DNA of 64,000 nt. Origin: Mobula hypostoma (taxonomy: Eukaryota). Of this stretch, positions 12,836 to 24,400 are shown in pieces. The position numbers and the translations under genes are program-made. The stretch is from the NCBI RefSeq assembly GCF_963921235.1, contig NC_086097.1:106766001-106830000 (forward strand). The letters run 5' to 3'. The notes under the pieces were generated by a model, which was not told the DNA's origin, searched no databases, and saw only the letters and a list, made by a program, of their open reading frames with translations. Positions within the stretch are counted from its first letter, which is position 1. The number at the start of each line of letters is the position of its first letter.

Positions 12836-13235
12836 CAAGGGGTGATTGATAAGTTTGTGGCCTAAGGTAGACGGAGATTTGTTATACAGCTCTCGATACA
12901 TGCACATGCAGGTCAACTCTTTGAGCGATTATGCAGAAAGCTTGAAGTTAATAACTCATCAATGGCTTCTTCCTATGGATGCTATCTGGCCTGCTGCGTT
13001 CCACCAGCATTTTGTGTGTGTTGCTTGAATTTCCAGCATCTGCAGATTTCCTCGTGTTTGCGTTTTTAAATCACACATCTGTGGACACTTTCGGGAGGTC
13101 CAAGATCCATATGCTCCACGACTGCTGGACTAAGTGTGTAAATGTAGGAGGGAACTCTGTTGAAAAGTAAATGTACTAGGTTTTCTAAAATTGACTCCTT
13201 CTACCTTAGGCCAGGAACTTATCAATCACCCCTCA
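12836..13235. mobile_element. Mariner-like MITE
   Basis: 41-bp TIRs, 36/41 identical (..AGGGGTGATTGATAAGTT..TGGCCTAAGGTAGA.GGAG), preceded by TA. Confidence 0.82.
12965..13068 (+). mobile_element. Penelope-like terminal fragment inside the mariner MITE
   Basis: GGCCTGCTGCGTTCCACCAGC...TTGAATTTCCAGCATCTGCAGA matches the end of the Penelope at 57205. Confidence 0.75.
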
Positions 13236-13598
13236 CATGTCAATCATTTGGACGATGGAATTGATGGTTTTGTTGCAAAGTTTGCAGACAATATGAAGAT
13301 AGGTGGAGGGGCAGGTAATTTTGAGGAAGTAGAGAAGCTACAGAAGGACTTAAATTAGGAGAATGAGCAAAGATATGGCAGATGGATTACAGTGTCGGGA
13401 AGTGAATGGCCATACATTTTGGTAGAAGAAATGAAAGGGTTGACTACTTTCAAAATGGAGAGAAAAAAACAAAAAAAAACTAAGATACAAAGGGACTTGG
13501 GGGTCCTTGTGCAAGATTCTCTAAAGGTAATTTGCAAACACAATGTTAGCATTCTTTTCAGGAGGACTATAATATAAAAGCAAATATATAACGCTGAA

Positions 13599-13829
13599 GC
13601 AACACACATCAAAGTTGCTGGTGAACGCAGCAGGCCAGGCAGCATCTCTATGAAGAGGTACAGTCGACGTTTCAGGCCGAGACCCTTCGTCAGGACTGAC
13701 AAAGGGTCTCGGCCTGAAATGTCGACTGTACCTCTTCCTAGAGATGCTGCCTGGCCTGCTGCATTCACCAGCAACTTCGATGTGTGTTGCTTGAATTTCC
13801 AGCACCCGCAGAATTCCTGTTGTTTGCGT
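13599..13829. mobile_element. Palindromic Penelope-derived mini-element
   Basis: 97-nt inverted arms (13597-13693 / 13696-13792) with a 2-nt loop. TSD TATATAACGC(T/A)GAA at 13585-13598 and 13830-13843. Confidence 0.87.
13661..13698 (-). ncRNA. Minimal type I hammerhead ribozyme (Penelope-type)
   Basis: Minus strand CAGUC-CUGACGA-AGG(GUCUCGG)CCU-GAAACGUC^GACUG has an intact core, a 5-bp stem I, a 3-bp stem II and a palindromic ACGU stem III. Confidence 0.78.
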
Positions 13830-14389
13830 TATATAACGCAGAAACTTTTTAAAGCACTGGTGAGGCCTCATTCGAGTATTATGGGCCCTTTATCTTAGAA
13901 AGAATGTGCTGAAACTGGAGAGGGTTCAAAGAAGGTTCACAAAAATGGCTTGTCAATTGAAGAGCGTTTGATAGCTCTGGGCCTGTATTCACTGGAATTC
14001 AAAAAATGAGGGGTGACCTCATCAAAGACTATCGAATGGTGAAAGGCCTTGATACAGTGGATGTGATGAGGATGTTTCCTATGTGGAAGAGTCTAAGACC
14101 AGAGGACATAACCTCAGAAAAGAGGGGCATCCTTTTTGAATGGAGCTTAGGAGGAATTCCTTTAGCCAGAATGGTAAACCTGAGGAATTCTTTGCCAAGA
14201 GCAGCTGTGGAGGCCAAGTCTTTATGCATGTTTAAGGTGGAGGTTGATAGCCGGAGCATGAATGGATACTGGGAGAGGGTAGGAGATTGGAGCTGAAAGG
14301 AAAATTGGATCAGCCATGATGAAATGGTGGAGCAGACTCGATGAGGCAAAGAGCATAGTTCTGCTCCTACATATCATGGTCTTTTCTCT

Positions 14390-14685
14390 ATACAAATTAA
14401 ATTAACCTGCTCCAATATCAATCCAACTCTTTCCTTCCATATAACCCTCAATTTTTCTTTCATCCATGTGCCTATCTAAGAGTCTATCAAAAAATATCTC
14501 TGACATCTCCTTATACTTTCCTCCAAACAACGCCCCCTCATATTAGTTATTTCCACCCTGGAGAAAAACCCTCTCTAGCTGTACACTCAATCTGTGCCTC
14601 TTGAACATCTCTATCAAGTCACCTCTTATCCTCCTTCATTCCAAAGAAAAAAGGCTGAGCTCATTCATTCTATCTTCATAAGATG
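14390..14685 (-). mobile_element. Decayed CR1 3' fragment
   Basis: CATCCATGTGCCTATCTAAGAG and ATCAAGTCACCTCTTATCCTCC are the reverse complement of the CR1 MRGDLI region. Confidence 0.65.
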
Positions 14686-14835
14686 TATTGAGGTGATCTG
14701 CCATATATGAGGGAGATTGATGACAAAAGAGCAGGAGATCAGAGGTAAAAATAGAATAAGGTTATCTATCAAGACAAAAATAAAACTACAGAACTACATC
14801 ACTAAGTACAGAAGTCCACCAACATGTGAATAGAT

Positions 14836-17800
14836 GTTACGAAGGATCAGGCACAGCTACAGTTACAACAGATCGGAACAGCTACAGTTACAACAGATCA
14901 GGACGCAGCTACAGTTACAAAACATCAGGACACAGCTACAGTTACAACAGATCAGGGACACAGCTACAGTTACAACAGATCAGGCACAACTACAGTTACA
15001 ACAGATCAGGGACACAGCTACAGTTACAACAGATCAGGCACAGCTACAGTTACAACAGATCAGGGACACAACTACAGTTACAACAGATCAGGGACACAGT
15101 CACAGTTACAACAGATCAGGGACACAGTCACAGTTACAACTGATCAGAGACACAGCTCCACACAGTCACAGTTACAACTGATCAGGGACACAGCTCCACT
15201 TACAACTGATCAGGGACACAGCTACAGTTACAACAAATTAGGGACACAGCTACAGTTACAACAGATCAGGCACAGCTACAGTTACAACAGATCAGGGACA
15301 CAGTCACAGTTACAACAGATCAGGCACAGTCACAGTTACAACTGATCGGGGCAGAGCTACAGATACAACAGATCAGGACATAGTTACAGTAACAAAACAT
15401 CAGGACACAGCTACAGTTACAAAAGATCAGGCACAGATGCAGTTACAACTGATCAGGACAACAGCTACAGTTAAAATACTTCAGGACACAGTTACAGTTA
15501 CAAAAGATCCCGGCATAGCTACAGTTACAAAAGATCAGGACAGATCTACAATTACAATAGATCAGGACACAGCTACTGTAACAGAACATCAGAACACAGC
15601 AACAGTTACAACAGATACGGACACAGCTAGAATTACAAAAGATTAGGCACAGCTACAGTTACAACAGATCAGGGACGCAGTCACAGTTACAACAGATCAG
15701 GCACAACTACAGTTACAACAAATCAGGGACACAGCCACAGTTACAACAGATCAGGCACAACTACAGTTACAACAGATCAGGGACGCAGTCACAGTTACAA
15801 CTGATCAGGCACAACTACAGTTACAACAGATCAGGGACACAGCTACAGTTACAACAGATCAGGCACAACTACAGTTACAACAGATCAGGGCCACAGCTTC
15901 AGTTACAACAGATCAGGCACAACTACAGTTACAACAGATCAGGGACACAGCTACAGTTACAACAGATCAGGCACAACTACAGTTACAACAGATCAGGGAC
16001 ACAGCTACAGTTACAACATATCAGGCACAGCTACAGTTACAACAGATCAGGGACACAACTACAGTTACAACAGATCAGGGACACAGTCACAGTTACAACA
16101 GATCAGAGACACAGTCACAGTTACAACTGATCAGAGACACAGCTCCACACAGTCACAGTTACAACTGATCAGGGACACAGCTCCACTTACAACTGATCAG
16201 GGACGCAGCTACAGTTACAACAAATCAGGGACACAGCTACAGTTACAACAGATCAGAGACACAGTCACAGTTACAACAGATCAGGCACAGTCACAGTTAC
16301 AACTGATCAGGGCAGAGCTACAGATACAACAGATCAGGACATAGTTACAGTAACAAAACATCATGACACAGCTACAGTTACAAAAGATCAGGCACAGATG
16401 CAGTTACAACTGATCAGGACAACAGCTACAGTTAAAATACTTCAGGACACAGTTACAGTTACAAAAGATCCCGGCATAGCTACAGTTACAAAAGATCAGG
16501 ACAGATCTACAATTACAATAGATCAGGACACAGCTACTGTAACAGAACATCAGAACACAGCAACAGTTACAACAGATACGGACACAGCTACAATTACAAA
16601 AGATCAGGCACAGCTACAGTTACAACTGATCAGGAACACAGCTACAGTTACAACAGATCAGGTCACAGCTACAGTCACAACAGATATGGACACAGCTACA
16701 GTTACAAAAGATTGGAACACAGCTACAGTTAAAACAGATAGGGACACAGCTACAGTTACAACAGATACGGACACAACTACAGTTATAAAAGATCAGGGCA
16801 CAGCTACAGTTACAACAGATCTGGACAACAGCTACAGTTACAAAAGATCAAGGCACGGCTACGGTTACAACAGATCAGGACGCAGCTAGTTACAACAGAT
16901 CAGGGACACAGCTACAGTTACAAAAGATCAGGACACAGCTACATAGAAACATAGAAAATAGGTGCAGGAGTAGGCCATTCGGCCCTTCGAGCCTGCACCG
17001 TCATTCAGTATGATCATGGCTGATCATCCAACTCAGAACCTGCCTTCTCTCCATACCCCCTGATCCCTTTAGCCACAAGGGCCATATCTAACTCCCTCTT
17101 AAATATAGCCAATGAACTGGCCTCAACTGTTTCCTGTGGCAGAGAATTCCACAGATTCACCACTCTCTGTGTGAAGTTTTTCCTCATCTCGGTCCTAAAA
17201 GGCTTCCCCTTTATCCTCAAACTGTGACCCCTTATTCTGGACTTCCCCAACATCAGGAACAATCTTCCTGCATCTAGTCTGTCCAATCCTTTTAGGATTT
17301 TATACGTTTCAATAAGATCCCCCCTCAATCTTCTAAATTCCAGCGAGTATAAGCCTAGTCGATCCAGTCTTTCATCATATGAAAGTCCTGCTATCCCAGG
17401 AATCAATCTGGTGAACCTTCTTTGTACTCCCTCTATGGCAAGAATATCTTTCCTCAGATTAGGGGACCAAAACTGCACACAATACTCCAGGTGTGATCTC
17501 ACCAAGGCCTTGTACAACTGCAGTAGTACCTCCCTGCTCCTGTACTTGAATCCTCCTGCTATGAATGCCAGCATACCATTCGCCTTTTTCACCGCCTGCT
17601 GTACCTGCATGCCCACTTTCAATGACTGCTGTACAATGACACCCAGGTCTCATTGCACATCCCCCTTTCCTAATCGGCCACCATTCAGATAATAATCTGT
17701 TTTCCTGTTTTTGCCACCAAAGTGGATAAACTCACATTTATCCACATTAAATTGCATCTGCCATGAATTTACCCACTCACCTAACCTATCCAAGTCACCC

Positions 17801-18081
17801 TGTATCCTCTTAGCAATCTCCTCACAGCAATCTCCTCACAGCTAACACTCATCGTGTCATCTGCAAACTTAGAGATGCTGCACTTAATTCCCTCATTTAA
17901 GTCATTAATATATATTATAAACAACTGGGGTCCCAGCACTGAGCCTTGCGGTACCCCACTAGTCACTGCAGTTCCAACAGATCAGGGTACAGCTACAGTT
18001 ACAACAGATCAGGACAACAGGTACAGTTACCACAGATCAGGACAACAGGTACAGTTACCACAGATCAGGACAACAGGTACA
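14836..18081 (+). repeat. Young tandem array of 26-28-nt units (GTTACAACAGATCAGG[GA]CACAGCTACA), interrupted by a CR1 at 16944-17969
   Basis: Dozens of near-identical units from 14836 to 16943, with about 4 more at 17970-18081. Runs of alternating 28/26-nt units and a ~961-987-bp internal duplication are present. Confidence 0.97.
16944..17969 (-). mobile_element. Young 5'-truncated CR1
   Basis: ORF 17014-17622 (CR1 ORF2 C-terminus) and a (CATAGAAA)n tail; same subfamily as the copies at 46.3 and 62.0 kb. Confidence 0.95.
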
Positions 18082-18909
18082 ATAGTGAGGGTCTCAAGAC
18101 CTCTGACAAAAGTAGAGAAACATCTACAAGAACAGGCGATGACAAACAAAAGAGGGAGATACAAATTACAAAGTCTCATGAAATAGCTTCAAAAGAGCAA
18201 GAAGCTTGCTACAAGCTAGTGGTGACCAGTTTCCCCAGATGGCAAGATCAGCTACATAACAGCAATATCACAACTTAAAGCAGCCGCACAGCGGAACAAT
18301 ATCAGAATCAGGTTTATTATCACTGACGTACATCATGAAATTTGTTATTCTGTGGCAGCAGTGCAATACATAAAATAGACTATAAATTATAATAAGGAAT
18401 ATATATTAAAGAAGAACTGGAGATCAGACACATCAGAGCAGAGGTGAGTGAAGAAGGACTGAAGATCAGCAACAGAACAGGTGATAAGATACAAGAGATC
18501 AAATTGAAGGTTAACAACAATTAAACATGTCATTACGTACAGAAGAGCAGATCAGCTACGAAAGAACTGGAGATAAGCTATGGAGAGCAAATGTCCTGCT
18601 ACAAATCAGCAGGAGATAAGGTTAAAAAGGACAAAAGGGATTGGTTACAAATGATCACAAGATTAGCTTAAACTAAGCAATCATCTGAAAAAAATACTGA
18701 AGAGCAGTAAGTAAGATACAACAGTGTTTGAAATCTTCTGCAAAAGAGTAAGAGATCAGTTCAAATGAAGTGCATCATTCAATATTAAAAAAAGCAGATT
18801 GTCCACCAAAAATCAGGAGGATAGATAGCAACAAATAAGCAAAAGATCTGGTTCTAAAGATGTTATCTGATGGGAGAATAATCTTTAAAATTACAGGGAC
18901 TCTGCTTCA

Positions 18910-19105
18910 TAGTTCAGAGTTCAAAGTAAATTTATTATCAAAGTGCATAAAGGTCACTATACACAACCCTGAGATTCATTTTTGTGGGCATACTTAATAA
19001 ATTCATAATAGAATAATAATCATAATACAGTCAATGAAAGACCGGACCAACTTGGGCATTCAGCCAGTGTGCAAATGACAACAAACCGTGCAAGTACAAA
19101 AAGAA
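18910..19105 (-). mobile_element. Rex1-like 3' UTR remnant (a similar one lies at ~18298-18410)
   Basis: GTTCAGAGTTCAAAGTAAATTTATTATC tail layout. Confidence 0.45.
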
Positions 19106-19127
19106 GGAAAGTGCTGGGCCCGCAACT

Positions 19128-19607
19128 GTTCACCAGATTGATTCCTGGGATGGCAGGACTTTCATATGAACAAAGACTGGATTGACTAGGCTTATACTCG
19201 CTGGAATTTAGAAGATTGAGGGGGGATCTGATTGAAACGTATAAAATTCTAAAGGGATTGGACAGGCTAGATGCAGGAAGATTGTTCCTGATGTTGGGGA
19301 AGTCCAGAACAAGGGGTCACAGTTTGAGGATAACGGGGAAGCCTTTTAGGACCGAGATGAGGAAAATCTTCTTCACACAGAAAGTGGTGAATCTGTTGAA
19401 TTCTCTGCCACAGGAAACAGTTGAGGCCAGTTCATTGGCTATATTTAAGAGGGAGTTAGATATGGCCCTTGTGGCGAAAGGGATCGGGGGTATGGAGAGA
19501 AGGCAGGTACAGGGTTCTGAGTTGGATGATCAGCCATGATCATACTGAATGCGGTGCAGGCTCGAAGGGCCGAATGGCCTACTCCTGCACCTATTTTCTA
19601 TGTTTCT
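19128..19607 (+). mobile_element. Young CR1 3' fragment nested in a CR1
   Basis: ORF 19216-19539 and a TTTCTATGTTTCTA tail; 5' junction through shared GTTCAC. Confidence 0.9.
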
Positions 19608-19654
19608 ATATACATTAATGATCTGGAAGAGGGGACCAAGTGTAGTGTATCTAA

Positions 19655-20524
19655 GGCTACGTCCACACCAGACCGGATAATTTTGAAAACGCCGGTTTCG
19701 CGTAAAAACGATAGGTGTCCACACTTGAAAATACCTCTGTCCACATTAAAATGGATATTTGGGCGAATCTCCTCCTACTGGGCATGCGCAGGACACACAC
19801 AGAAAACAAGCGAAGAGGAAGCAGTATACTTGGTGCGTGTTTGTCCAGTTACAGACTAGAAAAACTTAAAAGGAAATTGCCAAACGAAAGACTTGGTGCA
19901 CGTTTGTCCAGAAACATTTCCCACAGCCATAGTCTCTTCACCAATGAAAGGGACGACAGCTACAACTAAATGCAATAAGGCTTGTTACTGGGAAAAAGTG
20001 AAATTTGCTGTTACCTCATTTGTTTGCCTTTACTTTTGCCATGTCTTTGAGTATTATTTTGCTGTATTTAACATGTGCAATAAAACGAGTTACTGGGCAA
20101 AAGTGACAATTGCATCTATTGAATGTTTGCACAAGCAATGCATTAATAAAGCACCTTGTTAAATGTATAACACATATCTGCATCAGTGTTATCTTGTATT
20201 TCCATACAATGTTACATTAGGCTGTTACACATCTATTGTCAGATATTGTTGTGGTGTTGGAGGTTGCGTTCAAGAAGACAGTGAAATACCGCGCTGCCGC
20301 CACCATCTGTTCCAGCACGTTATGACCACGTTTTTAAAATTAGCCGATTACCCCGTACACACTACAACAGCCAACCGGCGTTTTCAGATTTAAACACTCT
20401 GGAGAGTGTTTTAGAAAAGCTCCATTTTCGGGGGAGGAAAACGCCGTTTCAGTGTGGACGGAGGGTCAAAACGAAGAGAAAAAGCTTCGGTTACAGACTT
20501 ATCTGGTCTAGTGTGGACGTAGCC
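19655..20524. mobile_element. 870-bp non-autonomous PIF/Harbinger-like element
   Basis: TIR GGCTACGTCCACAC(C/T)AGACC(G/A)GATAA, 24/26 identical; left flank TAA; no transposase ORF. Confidence 0.82.
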
Positions 20525-21434
20525 ACACTAATTTAGTATGCTGATGACATTAAATTGAGTGGAAAAGCAAATTGTCCTGGGGATACAGAGGGTCTGTAGA
20601 GAGATATAGATAGGTTAAATGAGTGAGCAAGGGTCTGGCAGATGGAGTACAATGTTGGTAAATGCGAGGTCATCCACTTTGAAAGGAAAAATGGAAGATC
20701 CAATTATTATTTAAATGGTAAAAGATTGCAGCATGCTGCTGTGCAGAAGGACTTGGGAGTGCTCGTGCACAAATTGCAAAAGGTTGGCTTGCAGGTGTGG
20801 CAGGCTATCAAGAAGGCAAATGCAATGTTGACCTTAATTGCTAGAGGGATTGAATTTAAGAGCAGGGAGGTTATGCTGCAAATGTACAGGGTACGGGTGA
20901 GGCCACAATTGGAGTACTGCATGCAGTTCTGGTCTCCATACTTGCGGAAGGATATACTGGCTTTGGAGGCAGTGCAGAGGAGGTTCACCAGGTTGATTCC
21001 AGAGATGAGGGGTTAGACTATGAGGAGAGATTGAGTCACTGGAAAGCAGAAGGATGAGAGGAGATCATATGGAAACATATAAAATTATGAAAGGGATAGA
21101 TAAGATAGAGGCAGGAAAGTTGTTTCCAATGGTAGGTGAGACTAGAACTAAAGGACATAGCCTCAAGAGTCAGGGGAGTAAATATAGGATGGAGATGAGG
21201 AGGAAACGCTTTTCCCAAAGAGTGGAGAATCTGTGGGATTCTCTGCCCAATGAAGCAGTGGAGGCTACCTCAGTAAATACATTTAAGACAAAGTTGGATA
21301 GATTTTTGCATAGAAGGGGAATTAAGGGTTATGAGGAAAAGGCAGGTAGGTGGAGATGAATCCGTGGTCAGAGCAATCATGATCTTATTGAATGGTGGAG
21401 CACCTACTCGTGCTCATATTTCTTATGTTCTTAC

Positions 21435-24400
21435 GTAATAATAATAAATAAGTAGGCATCAAACATTGTGAACATGAGATGAAGAGTCCTTGAAAGTGAG
21501 TACATAGATTGTGGGAACATTTCAATAATGGGGCAAGTGAAGTTGGGGGAAATGATCCTCTTTCATTCAAGAGCCTGATGGTTGAGGGGTGGAAAGCGGA
21601 CAGTGAGTGAGTGGGCCAGTGAAGGAGTGGAGCTTTGAGGTTTTGACTCGAAAGGCTTCGATGAGAAGAGGCGGAGGACAAGCTTGCTCACAGTTAGTCT
21701 TTACAATGCCTCCTGAGACGGTGATGGGCCTCTCATGTGAGATGTGGCAGTCCTGGGGGAACGCCCCTCTCCTGCAGAGTCACATTTGCCAGAAGTGCAT
21801 ACGGCTGGGCGATCTGGAAGACCATGTAAGGAATCTGGAGCAGCAGCTGGATGACCTTCAACTCATAAGGGAGAATGAGGCAGTCATAGATGACAGCTAC
21901 AGGGAGGTAGCCACACCTAGGTTGTCGGAAGCAGGTCGTTGGGTGACAGTCAGAGGGGGGAAAGTGAAGGAGAGCAGACAGGTAGTGCAGAGCACCCCTG
22001 TAGCCATTCCCCTGAATAATAAGTTTACCGTCCCGGATACCGTTGGCAGGGACGACCGACCAGGTGTGAGCCATGGTGGCAGGGCCTCTAGCACTGAGTC
22101 TGACCCGGTGCTGCAGAAGGGGAGAGCTATCGTCATTGGAGACTCTATAGTCAGGGGAGCTGACAGGAGATTTTGTGGATGTGAGAAGGACACCCACATG
22201 GTTTGTTGCCTCCCGAGTGCCAGGGTCCGGGATGTCTCTGACAGGGTGCACGACATCCTGGTACAAGAGGGAAAGCAGCCAGAAGTCGTGATACATGTTG
22301 GTACCAACGACATAGGCAGGGAGAGGAATGAGGTCCTGAAGTGTGAGTTTCGGGAACTAGGCAGAAGGTTGAAGAACAGGACCTCAAGGGTGGCGTTCTC
22401 AGGATTGCTGCCAGTGCTACGTGACAGTGAGATGGTAAGAATTGGAGGAGATGGCAGTTGAATGCGTGGCTGAGGAGTTGGTGCAAGGAGCAGGGTTTTA
22501 GATTTTTAGATGATTGGGATCTCTTCTGGGGAAGGTGGGACCTGTACAGATTGGATGGGTTGCACCTGAACTTGAGGGGGAGCAATATCCTTGCAGGTAG
22601 GGTTGCTAGCATGGTTCGGGAGGGTTTAAGCTAATTTGCGAAGGGGATGGGACCCAGAGCAATAGAGCAGTGAAAGAAGTGCATGGAGTAAAGCCAGATG
22701 TAACATATAGAGAGGCTTTGAGGAGAGAGAAACAGAATAAACAGTGTAAAGGTAGTAAGGCAGAAGGGATGAAGTGTGTGTACCTCAATGCAAGAAGCAT
22801 CAGGAACAATGATGATGAACTGAGAGCATGGATACATACATGGAATTATGATGTAGTGGCCATTACAGAGACTCGGCTGGCACCAGGGCAGGAATGGATT
22901 CTCAATATTCCTGGATTTCAGTGCTTTAAAAGGGATAGAGAGGGCGGAAAAAGGGGAGGAGGAGTGGCATTACTGGTCAGGGATAGTATTACAGCTACAG
23001 AAAGGGTGGGTAATGTAGCAGGATCCTCTTTTGAGTCAGTATGGGTGGAAGTCAGGAACAGGAAGAGAGCAGTTACTCTATTGGGGGTTTTCTATAGGCC
23101 CCCTGTTAGCAGCAGAGATACAGAGGAGCAGATTGGGAGGCAGATTTTGGAAAGGTGCAAAAATAACAGGGTTGTTATCATGGGTGACTTTAACTTCCCT
23201 AATATTGATTGGCACCTGATTAGTTCCAAGGGTTTAGATGGAGCAGAGTTTAAGTGTGTCCAGGACGGATTCCTGGACAGGCCGACTAGGGGGAATGCCA
23301 TACTAGATCTAGTACTAGGTAATGAACCGGGTCAGGTCACAGATCTCTCTGTGGGTGAGCAACTAGGGGACAGTGACCACCGCTCCCTGGCCTTTAGCAT
23401 TATCACGGAAAAGGATAGAATCAGAGAGGACAGGAAAATTTTTAATTGGGGAAGGGCAAATTATGAGGCCATAAGGCTAGAACTTGCGGGTGTGAATTGG
23501 GATGATGTTTTTGCAGGGAAATGTACTATGGACATGTGGTCGATGTTTAGAGATCTCTTGCAGGATGTTAGGGATAAATTTGTCCCAGTGAGGAAGATGA
23601 AGAATGGTAGGGTGAAGGAACCATGGGTGACAAGTGAGGTGGAAAATCTAGTCAGGTAGAAGGCAGCAAGATTGAGAAATATAGGGAAGCAGGAAAGGAG
23701 CTTAAGAAGGGACTGAGAAGAGCAAGAAGGGGGCATGAGAAGGCCTTGGCGAGTAAGGTAAAGGAAAACCTCAAGGCATTCTTCAATTATATGAAGAACG
23801 AAAGGATGACAGGAGTGAAGGTAGGACCGATTAGAGATAAAGGTGGGAAGATGTGCCTGGAAGCTGTGGAAGTGAGCGAGGTCCTCAATGAATACTTCTG
23901 TTTGGTATTCACCAATGAGAGGGAATTTGATGATGGTGAGGACAATATGAGTGAGGTTAATGTTCTGGAGCATGTTGATATTAAGGGAGAGGAGGTGCTG
24001 GAGTTGTTAAAATACATTAGTACGGATAAGTCCCCGGGGCCTGACGGAATATTCCCCAGACTGCTCCACGAGGTGAGGGAAGAGATTGCTGAGCCTCTGG
24101 CTAGGATCATTATGTCCTCGTTGTCCACGGGAATGGTACCGGAGGACTGGAGGGAGGCGAATGTTGTCCCCTTGTTCAAAAAAGGTATTAGGGATAGTCT
24201 GGGTAATTATAGACCAGTGAGCCTTACGTCTGTGGTGGGAAAGCTGTTGGAAAAGATTCCGAGAGATAGGATCTATGGGCATTTAGAGAATCATGGTCTG
24301 ATCAGGGACAGTCAGCATGGTTTTATGAAGGGCAGATCATGTCTCACAAGCCTGATAGAGTTCTTTGAGGAGGTGACCAGGCATATAGATGAAGGTAGTG

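Larger units (their letters stand above)
9715..14385 (+). mobile_element. Old CR1 LINE (ORF2 to 3' end) fragmented by four insertions
   Basis: Collinear pieces 9715-9968, 11683-12251, 13238-13598 and 13830-14385 rejoin into one RT reading (PGPDGV|H.RVLKEVAEEI; LFTL|YVN.LDDG; MRGDLI). Confidence 0.85.
19110..21432 (+). mobile_element. CR1 RT-to-3' fragment hosting a CR1 and a PIF/Harbinger insertion
   Basis: VLGPQLF (19111), YINDLEEGTKCSVSK (19609) and YADD (20537) are collinear; ORFs 20642-21016 and 21054-21359. Confidence 0.88.

Noticed and set aside
14826..16889. Repetitive ORFs (QLQLQQIR, TATVTTD, SYSYNRSG) as a mucin-like or structural protein
   Set aside because: They are translations of the tandem array. 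The 26/27/28-nt units shift frame constantly, and there are no splice signals or non-repeat coding flanks.
14836..18081. CRISPR array
   Set aside because: Units are head-to-tail with no unique spacers, there are no cas genes, and the context is eukaryotic.
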